A DNA stretch of 61,434 nucleotides, filler included, from Choristocarpus tenellus KU-1152 (Eukaryota; Protista; Phaeophyceae): assembly GCA_964200185.2 (NCBI GenBank). It is 11 parts of 11 records of this genome, joined end to end, with 100 filler letters (N's around TTAATTAATTAA, not from the genome) between each part and the next. Parts side by side here need not be neighbours in the genome. Positions count along the whole stretch, not along the records: positions 10,992 to 26,915 come from CAXNAD020000905.1; 10 more parts are not named here. One strand, 5' to 3'. This document shows, piece after piece, positions 12,601 through 25,371 of this stretch. Made by a program: the position numbers and the translations under genes. The notes beneath the pieces were generated by a model. That model was given only the letters and a program-made list of their open reading frames with translations, had not been told where the DNA came from and ran no database searches. Numbering within the stretch: the first letter of the stretch is position 1; each line of letters opens with the position of its first letter.

Positions 12601-14835
12601 TGAAACACTAATAACCCAAATAACCCTCTAGAGAGTGTACTTGTTCTCAACAATGATAGACAACAGTTTATGAGGCGAACTCTTGATTGACCAATCCGGA
12701 GTTGAGATAGAGAGTAGTTTTGCAGAAAGGATCGATTTTTTCTTTACCTTGTGGTAGCCACAAAGAAATATCTTTCATACATTTGAACGCTTGTTTGTTT
12801 GGCTTTGCTTTGCTTTGCTTTGCAATTTTTGTGATGGCTATTTGGTGCTTTTGTGTTAGCTTCAAACACTGGTTACAACAGTCGACCTTGGTCGCTGGTG
12901 CTTCAGGGAACACAATGTTGTGTTCCTCCCTTTGTGTTCACCTTTTGCTTGTTTGTCATCACCCCCCTCCCCATCTATCTCACTATCTCCATCAATTGTT
13001 GTGTTAGTTTACCTTGGATTAGACCAGGCCAACAAATTAAGGGAGATGACTTTAAAAGACGGGTCATATAAATGCACTCCACTCAAACATATATGTATAT
13101 ACTTGGCTTGGTCAAGATGGAAGTATTATTCTCATAACATTCCAAGTTACTGCATCTGTTGTGACTAGCTAATATGACCGTCCTTGTGATCATGTTGCAA
13201 CATATCGTTAATCAGGATCTGAGCCTGCAATTTGCATGGCAAGGCCTTTTGTCAGTGAAGTCACAAATCCAGGTGACAGGAAAGACTTCCTGAAGTTCAA
13301 GGAAATCTGTCAGGTACTTTGTAATACTTGGGGTCTGCACATGAGATAGGGAGACAATTCGTTGACAGGCAGCACCTCTATATATATCGTGATGTTGCAT
13401 AGCTTTTGGTGCATTCAAGACTAACTGCAAGACCAAGGAAAAACTGACTTCAGTTTACTGCGCAATATAGTGATCCACTACCTCTGCCATTAATAGTACA
13501 CTACAGTACAGGGTTCCATTAGACTCACCAACCCGACACCCAGCTGATACTGAGCCAGTACAAAACAAAAGCAAATCCCGTCCATGCTTTCCAAGAGTCA
13601 GATGGGCCCAATACATGTAGTCTGAGGTATTACATTATGTTACACTGCGAGTTGTGGGCATCTAACAAGATTAATCTAAATTGGCTGATGATGCTCCACA
13701 ATTCACAAAATACAGCTGAAATATTCAGACCAGCAAGGGGTAGTGCCCAGCATGCCAAATGACCAGGTACAAAAACATTATCTATATTGCATGTTAGTGT
13801 TGCGTCATGAACATAATGTATTCAACAAAAAATGTTTATATTCTGATGAATTTTTCTTCCTTGCCTACAGTACTTGTGAAGGCCGTGGTTGATCCAAGGA
13901 TTGGATACGTGCTAACAGTATACATATCTCAGACTTACAAAGAGAGTATGCTTCCCCCCCTAAACCTGTGGTGATATAGTGGGGAGGGGGGGTCAGAAGT
14001 GGATATATGCATGCCCTCTTCCTTGTTTTGACACATGCTGACCAGTTAAGAGATGACATTGCTCTTTTACATAACGTTGTTTTCAACAATCCAGGTACTC
14101 TTCAATGGCCTTGGAGGTGGTTGTTGTTGAGTACCAACGCAATGCAATACTTGAACTTGGATGGTCCAAATATGTACACACACAAACACAATGATAAATA
14201 TCCATACATCTGGAAAAAGAATGAATATATACGTGCTGAATCTGGAGGCATGCACTAAGATTGCCAACAAAATGAGAGTGGCATGACAATATCCAGGGAC
14301 AGTCTGGAGAGATTGGAACAACTTATTCCGTGATGAGGATTATGGGTCCTGAAAAAAATATTGCCTAAGAGAAACACGCCATTAAAAAGGGAAATCCAGA
14401 TTTTAAAAAAAGTCAGCACATATTTTTTTGATATTCATTAAATTTAAGAATAGAATCCAATTTTAGCAACATACTACACGGGAAGATTCCTTTGGTCTGA
14501 TGGTGCGCAGCTTTCACTGATGCAGCAGGTAGCTTGATGTGACCTACGCAGACAAGAATATCCCACAGCACACAGCCACCTTTTCCAGGTACTCCTTCAA
14601 CCGTGTAGCCAATAACTACAGCCAAACTCTAATTCAACAATAAAATAATAATGTTTTTGCATAATCCTGAACCCATCAGAAGGGCCCCAGCTATTTGTAC
14701 GAACTACACTCTCCCCCCCCCGCCCCCCCAACCCAATCAACCCATTCAAAAGGATAAAAATACACTAGTTAGCAGAAAAGTGACCACATATTAGACCAAG
14801 CAATTTCAATTTCTGCCTTGTTTTACTAAAGGTAG

Positions 14836-16995
14836 TCAGTCTGTCAAGGTCCACTTGAACTCGTTGCCCTTATACACTGATGCAATTCCATCATCAACTT
14901 CTACACGGTAAGCAGCTGATGGCCACCTCAGCCATGAAAAGTTCAAGAAGGCCGGCCATCTCCTCCCAGACTTGGACCTCAATTGGCGCCCATTCTGGTG
15001 GATTTCCTGTGTGCAGTCAGTCAGTGTCCCATGTGTTGTGAGAGTCGTTGGTCAGTGAGGACGACAAAAACGACATATTTGGTTCAACTTTGGAACAAGA
15101 TTGCACGCCCAACATCATTCCCAAGTTACAGAGATGGTATCACTGTGCAAATGAACCTTTGAAAAGGTCTTGAACTATAACGAGACACTCAGACAGTCAT
15201 AACATACCATAGGTTTACACTCAACTCGAACGTTAAATCCCTCCCTCTTTCAGTTTCACTTCGTATCAACCATTAAAACTCACAACTGTGCCCCGCTTGG
15301 TGATGGACATTGTCACCCTCTCCCTCTTCTTTCGAGTATCATCCGCCTCCTCCTCTTCAGTCATGGCCTCCATACCCGCACCCTCACGTATCTCAGATGC
15401 AAATGATCTTGGAGTTTTTCCCCACCCTAACCACGATCTTTTTCTTGGATAACTCCTTGGCAACTCATCCGCCCTCAGAGCGGCTGTCTCGACCCACTGA
15501 TTGGTATCTTCATCGACAATGGATACGCGAAAGGATCCATCAACAGAAGAAAGTGTACCTTTTGTGTTCTTGTCGGCAGACATGAGGTAATTCCACCCAG
15601 GTGTGCTTGGGAGACCATCGCCCACATGCAGGGAAGAATCCCGCCACTTCAGCAAATCAAACTAGAGGGAATGGAATGGAATGTTGGGGGTGGGGGGTGC
15701 CATAGAAATATATATATATATATATATATATATAATAGTATTGGGGATATGAGCTCTGCACATTATTCAATGGGAAGCTTCCTACCATTGCAAAGGGTTG
15801 ACCTTAACACAAAACCAATGGATTATATATATAGAGAGAGAGACAAGGGGTTCGATGAAAAGTCAAAAAAAGGTTTACCACTCATAGATTTTTTTTAATA
15901 TTTTCATTAGGATTCCCATCTTTACCAGGTAGTCCAAATAGTGATGGAACTTGATCCTCCCATTCTTCTTTGCCAAGTTCTCATCCATTCCTGAGCCCTG
16001 GATACATAATGCATGCAGAAAATTTGTAAAATTACGCACATAAACAATGGGAAAAAATCAGCAATGGTACTCCAAGGGGGGCACTTACCACACTAAGGAT
16101 AAACAAGTCAGACTTGAGTCAAGAGCAATCATGTGATTTTCTCATCGGCTATTCCCAACCTAGAGGAGCTAAATGTACAGTGCATATCCGGTAGTGCACA
16201 AAAAATATATCCTTTCCACACCAGCTCAGAAGAGGAGCTGGTGCTACAAGTAACACAGCTGGATGATAGTCGATGTTTGGACCGATGGAAACACACCGCA
16301 ATTAGTATTTCTGTCATTGTCTGAACCGTTGGTGCTGGTGGGATGGGCAGGTTGGTTGAAGGCTTGCCATTTCCGAAAACCTATGGTAGGAAGTGGTGGG
16401 AAGTAAAACAGTCCAGGTATGGGCAGGTGTGTGTGTGTGAGTGGGAGGAATACTACCGAATGTCATTGTAGGGTTTATTCTTTCATTGTAGTTGATTATA
16501 TCTCTACAGTGCAATGACAGTACAACCAAGCACAGGGTGGATGCTGAGGAAGGTGAACACCGCCAACATATCCGCTGTTGCTGTCTACACACTATAGGTC
16601 TCTTAAAATGAGAGAGGTCTATTGAAGAAGGAGTGGGGATTGACAGGTAGAGGTAGACCACTAGACCTTTGTGAGAGGAAATATTTCGTTTATGCAGAAC
16701 ATTTAGCAAGTTGAAAATTGTACTACAGTGAATCCCCACTTATTTCGTAGTGCATGGAGATTATGCTGGGGGATAGGAGTCGCACTTTGAAGGTCGGAAC
16801 ATCTTTCTCAGTGACCCACGACCCCTGCTTTACACCATCCATATCCATCTGCGGATCATCACCGATGATGTTAGGACCATGTGAAGGGTGGTCAGAGACA
16901 CGTTATATACACGAGCGATCATCATGTTGAAACGAAGTGCTTGGCAAATCATTACATGCTGATGAGAATTGCATAGAACAGGGTAACAGAGCAAA

Positions 16996-17033
<38 letters not shown>

Positions 17034-18286
17034 CCTCCGGTCCAATTCTCCCCACCCGAACGACTCTCGGTCACTTCTACTGTGCCGCCTTGAAGCAGGC
17101 CGTGCATACTCCCACAGCCAAAACAACCTTAGCGAATATGATATCGCAGCCCATTGCGGCAGAGACCTCAGCAGCCGCTTCAAAAGCTTCGACGTACACC
17201 TTGCTTTGTCCTGGATGGTGAAGGAAGCAGAGGCACAGAAAGAGATAGGGGTAGGCATCGTGTTGACACCAGGTGTACACAAAACGGTCGGAAAATGCAC
17301 ACTAAAATAGCCACGAAGACAACCCACTTGTTGATACCTTCAGCAACATTGGATATGACTATCGTTTTTATATCATCATTGTAGGTGTCCATATAGGTCA
17401 CCTTCGTGGGTCAACATTGCAACCACTTCGGTAAGCCCGTAAAGGAGTGCAGAATAGCGGTCCTTGTCCACGTCAACCACGTGACTTTCCCGAGCCAGTG
17501 ACGGTGACGCCTGGTGCAGCTGTTTTGCCTTGTGATGCAGAGGAGAACTCTCGCGGTGCTCTTGAGGGGGGATGCCCTAGAATGCAGAGACAGGGGAGTA
17601 TTGTGACAAGGATCCGCTGTTTGTAGATGCCACGTTATCTGTGCGAGCATGGTGCTCTCCCTTCGTAGCGATAAACGATGAGAGTGATGTTTGGTTGGAT
17701 GTGTTCATCGACTCTGGAGCCAGTTTCACAAGATAAAGCGTGAACGATTTGGGAGAGGGGGGAGTCGGCTGCTCTAGGAGGGGGTTGATGGAGAAGGGAA
17801 GCCATCCAATGGTCCGGTGCTCGGACTTCTCGACGCGAACATCAGAACAACTTTCGACTCAAAGACCGGGATGATGCGGGCATGTACCTTGGTGTTGATA
17901 GGTGGGGATCCTACGTGGAAATCCGTTTGTAATGCTGACGAGGGGACTCCATCGAAAGACGCCACCTCCTCCTCGTTGTAAACTGGGCAAGAGGACGGGG
18001 AGAGAATTGTTGACACCAGCGTACATCACCAGATTCCGTATAGTGGAAGGGAAACAAAGGAGGACGCGGTCAAAGTAGCGTCAAGAAACAAGAAAAGTCA
18101 CGTTGAGGATGTTCGGAAAAGACCTGAGCATAATACTTTGTATTCCTCCTACGTTACAGCAAATGACTGATTCCAAGGCACAATAGCGGTTTTGTACTTA
18201 CGGTATCCGTGGACGCCAAGCACTAAGCACAAGGGGAGGACTACCACGAGGGCCAAGGACCACTGGCCATGGCAAAAGAACTTCAT
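14836..18286 (-). CDS. Secreted/ER protein: signal peptide + non-catalytic thioredoxin-like domain + bulb-type-lectin-like C-terminus (9 exons: 18202-18286, 17888-17982, 17402-17576, 17128-17210, 16786-16848, 16297-16380, 15926-15997, 15284-15661, 14836-15006)
   Basis: All nine exons join in frame from ATG to TGA (about 400 aa). N-term MKFFCHGQWSLALVVVLPLCLVLGVHG. Trx-like ESHVVDVDKDRYSALL..EVVAML..AFEAAAEVSAAMGCDIIFAKMDMD..VPTFKVFGNGKP, with no CxxC. C-term SSLHVGDGL..YLMSAD..VDGSFRV..RVTMSITKRGTVEIHQNGRQL..AYRVEVDDGIASVYKGNEFKWT. Gene structure is solid; domain names are by eye. Confidence 0.75.
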
Positions 18287-20117
18287 CCTTCACGAGGAAG
18301 GTATGGGCGCTCTGCTGAGAGATCGACTGGGTACCAAATGGGAATGAGGCCAGACGATGGTATGCCCTTGTGAAAAAGGACAGATGTGTATGCGACCAAG
18401 GCAGGTAATTCGTTTGATGGGAGGGCGAAACCGCCGTTCTGTAATTGTTGTGATTCAGTTGTTGATTCGTATATAATCGAGGAATAATCGATATCGCAAT
18501 CAGAACTTTCAACTAAGATAATGAAATATATTTTTGACCGTGTCCACGATGCGCAGTTCCCTGAATACTTGGTGATTAACTTGCGAATTGTAGACGGAAT
18601 GCACACCTCGCCCTTCCTGTCCGTTCGGTCAAGTCAATCGAATCGATTCTAACCTATCAGTAAAACACTCCTGATTACTAAATACTACTTCACATAACAA
18701 TACTACAAATAGTCGAGTACTTTCAAGTAACGAAGGCCCCTGAACATACACTACTAAAGAGGCCAGTCTCCAGAAAATTATCATCCCCTCACGCCAATCC
18801 GAATGGGCCACAATTATCAGTAGTAAAATATCTAGTATATATTGTCAACCTGTTGATAAACCACAATGACGTTGGACCAAGAACGAGTTTGCAAGTATCC
18901 ATTGCCAAGCAAAATCGACCAAAATACTGGACAAGATTTGAGGGACGAGGTGCATATTATTGGCATGTCACACACTCTCTACTTATACTCCAGCTAACGG
19001 CAAGCAGCTATTTATGGTAAGAGTGTCGGCTTTGTTTATGTGTGGGCAAGGATTCACAATTGCATCATGTCAAGGACACAGCAAAAGCTGCTTTGTATCA
19101 AGTATCTACTATTAGTTTTTGCTAAGGTAAAAATAACTTCTATCCTCCTTCACAGTACACAACACATGCAATTAAAATGTTTGTTGCTGTGAATTAAAGC
19201 GATTCATTGATGTTGTATAGATCGGTTCAGAATGATTAGAAGACAAATAAAATCGATATATTAGAAGCACACGTGAAGTACCAACCTTTACAACAAGGTG
19301 GCTGTAGGGAAATGTCAAGGAAATTCATAGTGAACAATATCGATCAATTGTTCTTCAGTTCTACACAAGTGGACAAGACTTCACACAATATCGCGATTAC
19401 CAACACAAGAGAAATAATGCTCTACAAATTAGATAGGCCCATCAAGTACTTGGACTGGGCAGTGATGTGGGGCACCCTCTCAGTTTGTCTCCCCCCTGCA
19501 TCAAAACCAACATACACTATGCTTGGAAGTATAACCGAGTGTAATATACCAAAGAATACTATAGTAACCACCAAGACGAGGCACCCCTGTGTATAGTGAT
19601 ATCCGAAGAAGAATGGAAACAAATTGTAAAAAACCATAAATGATAAATAAGTGTTTTAATAATTTAAGATCACTTTTATATGAGCACAATTATGCTGGGT
19701 GTATGGTTCCATATAAAGACAGACTAGTATTTAGGTGAATATACACCGCCATACGTAAAAATACTTGAATATATTACCGGTTTTACCGGATCAAATGGAT
19801 ACTCTCGCAACTATTGCAGATATGGACAGAAGCAGCAACTACTGGCTCAGTGTACCTCGACATACAACCAACTGAATCGAACCATCTTGAAGCAACTAAC
19901 ACTGTGTTATGTTATTTTATCGCGTTAGTCTGGGACTAGGAACCACTAGTTCGACCCTAACTAGTCTCGACTCATCATCAGAAACACTGCACGTTAAATG
20001 ACTTCAAAAACTACAGACTACCTGTTGCACTCAGACCAAACAAAGCTAGATGGAGAAGAGAAAGAAAAAATGTACAGATAAATGGAGTAGCGAATCAAAC
20101 CAACTGAGAGATAGGCA

Positions 20118-20340
20118 AGGGTTGCATTTTAAGGATCCTGAGAAGGAAAAAAACATGTCATTTTGCACAATTGGAGAAGAAGCTTTTTCTGAGTTGTGGT
20201 GTTAGTTCGTGTGTGGAAAGGAGAATATCAACTTTGTGTGCACTATTAACGTGCACATAAAGCAATAAAATGCAGCGTATTACACACAACAGTGAGAAAG
20301 ATGGCTTAAAAGGACGAAAAGGGTTCAAACGTGCCTACCT
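20118..20340 (+). repeat. Interspersed repeat family C (other copies ~20570-20800, ~51008-51235; end fragment ~162-185)
   Basis: Shared start gggttgcattttaagg.tcc.gagaa and end gaaagatggctt..aaaagggttcaaac at 20118 and 51008. Confidence 0.75.
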
Positions 20341-21066
20341 ATTGATTGGTTTGGCTCTAGATAGTATGAGAACTAGTGTGTTGTACCTCTAACCACGGGT
20401 CAGCAGGGTCTCGAGACTAAAAGTGAAGACAATTTTTAACTTACATATATTATTGGTAAGTGTTCCAACAACAAACATAAGTCTCTGGACTGTATGTACC
20501 ACGGCAGTCTACCACTGAGTTACAAGAAAGCTCATGGTCGCCTAAGTCTAAGTAGTTTAGAGGCAGGCGGGGTTGTATTTCAGGGTCCTGAGAAAATGGC
20601 AAATTTACGCCATTTGGTGGAGTTGTAGAAAGAACCTCTGTGGTGACTTGTGGTGTCAATTTATGTGGAAAGAGGGAATACCAATTTTGGGCACACTTAT
20701 TGTGTACGAAGCGATGAAGTAGGGTGTATTGCGTAGGATATGAAAATGGCGTAGAATGTGAAAGGACCCAAACCTCCTTAATTCTTGATTACTTTGGCTC
20801 CCTGATGACTTAGTATAGAGGTATGTTTTTGAAAGATTGAATGCATGCTGTCAGCGGTACACCTTTATATTGGTGGTATAATACCGAACTACCAATCCCC
20901 TCCCAATACATTTTTCGGGTCAAGGCTTTCCGATTTGTATTGCTTTGATTTGAATACTACTTTACAAAACGGTAAGTTTAACTGAATGAATGAATGAATG
21001 AATGAATGAATTAGACAATTAATTGACACATAATACTGGTTTGGTAAGAAAATGATAAAAGGATTT

Positions 21067-21139
21067 AACCCTCGGCGGGGATCGAACCCGCAATCTTACG
21101 CTTCGTAGGCGTACGCCTTATCCATTGGGCCACGAGGGC
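21067..21139 (-). tRNA. tRNA-Arg (anticodon ACG)
   Basis: GCCCTCG TGGCCCAATGGATAAGGC G TACGC CT-ACG-AA GCGTA AGATT GCGGG TTCGATC CCCGC CGAGGGT T folds into a full cloverleaf; a TTTT Pol III terminator follows about 7 nt downstream. Confidence 0.97.
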
Positions 21140-23969
21140 TCGAATCGACGGCGTTTCACGATTGTACCTCGTCTTTCTCTCCTCCAACGGATGTGCGGTT
21201 GACAAATTACCTGCACTATATATCTGCTCTCAACTCACCCTTTACATTCTTCGAACAATAACCAAATGTTGTGCAAGACATCATTCATGCCGCTGAAATA
21301 CATTGCGGTGGATTATTGTCTTTTCGATAGTGGTGTCTTAGGGTGGAATGATGGGAAACAGGGGTACGTAGGGACCAAGAACTCTAGGATGAAGATTTGG
21401 TATTTCCTCAGCATTACCCACGTGAGAGATATCAAAATTGATTACAATATTTAGAAACTTGAGAAGGTACGGAAGGTTACACAGTAATGCAACACATTCA
21501 CAATCATTCAAAATCTTGACTTGTTTTAGTACCCCTAAACTCTGCACCTTGAATGGGATGCCTTTGCCCTCGCTTGTTCAAACTGGATTCGTTTATTTGG
21601 ATAGTCCGGTAGAAGCAATCAGAAAAGGGTACTTATGGCTGCAGCTAGCGCTTGCCACAAAATTCATGATCTGGAATGGGTGTACAGTAGCTTCAGTCTT
21701 TTTCACAGTTCTGGAACTTGTTTATGGATCTCCTGTTGGATTCGCCAAGAAGAATATATAATAGGCCCTTCTTGTGGTCGAACACCCTCTACACGTAGTG
21801 AAGACGACATCACGACATGGATGAAGAGGACTTAGTTATATCCAAGTGTTTACAACTTCAGCCATCCTATGCATCATGACAACTGCTTCAGTAAAGGCTC
21901 AAAGTATCTGGGGGGGGGGTCTACCTACATTGGGGTGTTCATTCGGGCCTTGAAAAGAAAAATAAATTAAATATATTGAAAGATGAGAAATCTATTAAAT
22001 AAACAATATTTAAATATATTTTGATAATAGTATAGGGTATGGTATACCTAGTTGATCCCTTCACAGCATACTGCAAATAGTATTTGCAAATGGATCTCTG
22101 GTTATGAATGCATGGAAGAGGGGTATCTTGATTCAAAATGTGACACACATCAGTAAAAAATAATTAGAGAACAATGATTACAGAGCATAAGACTAGCGCA
22201 CTATGGTATAATACCTTAATCTGGACCATCCTCTAGGACTTTCACAACATAAGGTGACTCAACATGTACTTGTGTGAAATGCTTCACACAACAATAATAT
22301 TAGGAATGATGATAATATGTAACGAGATGTAATAATTAGCTTACTACAGTGCCAATGCCAACCCGTCATTACCACAATCCAAGAAAATATCAAGACAATA
22401 GATATACTCAGACAAAAAAAACTCCACGCCTTGCCTATGTGCTGTATGACTGTAGGACTGAGAGGAATGACTACAATAGTTCCTATGAATTAAATATGAT
22501 AAATATGATTCACTGATTTTTGTAGTTATAATTTCATCATATTAGGCAATCAAAAATGACAAAAAAAGAAAAAAAGAAAAAAGGACAGAACCCTTCCAGG
22601 AGAACATCATCATAACCTCAAAAAATGCAACACTGATACTATATGTCTTTAGTACAATTAAGAATATTCAATACTCTTTACATATGTACTGAGTACTATT
22701 CATAACAACAACTCACATGTAGCAATCAACAATAGAGATAGATCAGTTGCCCATTGCCAGTGACTAAGAAGTCTTACAGTAGTAGTACACCCTCTTTTCA
22801 AGAACGGGTCAGTTAAGTTAGATTATCACAACAATACCCTTTAGTACTAAGTGATGCCATTTGGGACACCATTGATTTTACTTGTAAATATAGGTGGATG
22901 GTACCACTATGTAACATACATTCCATGATAACTGTTTCCTTTGAATTATACTCATTCATACCCTAACCCTAAATATCATTTTTGGTGAGGAATGTTTCAA
23001 TTATTTTTAATAGTCCAGTATATATTTTTTTCAATTATCCCTATCCCTAAAGCGTTTCATTGAAATAGTGCCACAATATCAAAGAAAAAAATAAATAAAT
23101 TCACCAATATCTACCACAGATCACACGCCTCACTCAGTTATTCTCTTGAAGAGAGAGAGAGAGACCTGATGAGTTAGTTGCATATTCACCCCTGTGACAC
23201 CTTCATATTTCTGTCTGCCCCCATTTGGCTATCTATATATCTATAAATATCTGCCTGCCAGTAGGAAAAGAAAGATAAACTCTGAACCATTTTTCATTAG
23301 GAATCAAAGGATATGCCATCCCACATTTTGACACATTCATTCCACAAGCAGAAGAAGATATTTCCGTAATGAAAAAGGACCTTATCACTTGTTCTGATAG
23401 TCACAGTTAATTATCTTGCCTGCTGGGTTTCGTATGCACTATTGGTGGCATTACATCCACCAACAGATACATCCTGCATGGGTAATACTACCACTCTACA
23501 GTATCCTATTAGTTTTATTGATATTTTTAATATTATTATTTTTGTTATCATCAAAACAGTTGCAGGTTGAAAGTTCAGTCAACCCTAAGTATACTGATTC
23601 TTTTCTTTAGATTTGGGAAGAGTGCTGATTAGTCAATCATCGTTGTGGACTGCATCCACCACATTCCTGTCTTGTCATTGGTCAGCAATTTTATTGTTAC
23701 CTTTGGAATCTCACCAAATACTAGTGCAACGGGTAGTAGCAATGGTCAGGTAACACAGTTGATGGTCTTATTAATAGTGTTGATGTGTGACATACACTAA
23801 TAATAGTCATAGAAGTACCACTGCATTGGAGTACAGTACAAGCAGAGGTATTTTGGAGGGAAACAAAGGAATGGCATGACCACTGCTCAATCTTTAAGGA
23901 TGGACTATGAATGCAAGCAAGAACCTCACAAGAATTACCCCCCTCCCTTCCTCCTGCATTATACCCAAG

Positions 23970-25371
23970 GGTGGGATGAGGGGACCTTCCCCATGCTTCC
24001 TGACACTGTACAAAATGACACGCCATCCAGTGCGACTAGGTGAGATATTTTAATCGTAATCCCCCTCCCCCAGGAAAATAGTTAAACAAAGATTTTGTGT
24101 GTGTTAATATATATGTATACTTCCAATGTGTGCTTCATCACTGCAGCACTTGAATGTACTATTGTGACTGTACTGGTTCTCTGTTGTACTGAACCACCAA
24201 GTAACTTTGCTGTACTTGGTACAGTGGCAGTGGTACTGTACATCAGGTTCTGGTCAGGACTCTTAAGTAGAGGACATGACCCGTACAGCACAGCAACTAG
24301 TTTTGTTTTCATTAGTTAGGGTGCTTTGGTATTATTTTATTTATAGTCATTCATTCTATTATCTTGGTTCAAAGTGGAAATTGTTTGTTTTTGCCCTAAG
24401 CCTATCAAATACTATAATAATTAATAATAATGATTTGTATGCAAATACTAATTGCTATTACTAGTAGTAGTAGTAGTAGTAGTCATGAACTTAACTGTAC
24501 ATGTGGGTGTTCCCCAACAGTGTGAGGCGTTTGGAGGAAGAGCGACGTCTGGGGTACGTGGCTTTGACACGAGCAAAGATGAATGCCATCATCACATTTG
24601 CCAAAGTCAGAAATGTTTACGGCTCCTGGATACACTCTCAGGGCCCATCCAGGTAGGCAAGCTGCTGCAGCCTGCCCACGTCCTACACATAATACATACT
24701 TACATACATACATGTGTGCAGGTGCTGATTTGTTGAGAATGATGTATTGATGCCATCACTGTACTCACTGTTCTTTTGTACTGTAGGTAGTATTTGTTGA
24801 ATGGTACTGGTGTATTGGTATGGCTATGCATGCATGCCATTGACTATTATTTTTGAAAATAAAAAAAATAGTTATGAATTGAATTCATCTGTATTTGTGT
24901 GAACGGTAAATTGGGAGGCATGGCCATGATGTGGACAGCCAAATTATCATAGAGAGATGTTCTAACATGGTGAGTCCATCACCTTCACTACTCAATATGA
25001 CTACTCAACACGACTCTGGCCGCTGGTTGGCCATGTACAACCGAATTGGAACATGACCAAGTCCATGGCCATAAACTGTTTTAAAATCACCATATGGTGA
25101 ACAGTGGACATGATATATATCTCAATACATGCATCCGCCACTATTTTGTTATTTTTGTTGCTAACGGTGTGGTATTGATGGCTTTCTTACATTGGTTCTT
25201 TTTCTTCTTTGTATTTATACTGTGATCTATCTCATTGGGGCATCTCATGTGTCATTTTTAGATTTTTGGCATCACTTCCTCGTGACCACGTGGTCATGTC
25301 GCCTGAGGGAATCAACCTGGCACTGAATGATTACCCTGGACTGGCTCGACGAAACTATCTGTTTTTTGAAG
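23970..25371 (+). CDS. UvrD/Rep/PcrA-family SF1 DNA helicase, C-terminal exons (23970-24039, 24521-24652, 25262-25371; probable further exon from ~26640)
   Basis: Spliced GWDEGTFPMLP...VRRLEEERRLGYVALTRAKMNAIITFAKVRNVYGSWIHSQGPSRFLASLP contains UvrD/PcrA motif VI (EEERRL.YVA.TRA) and PSRFL. I could not locate the upstream exons. Confidence 0.88.
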
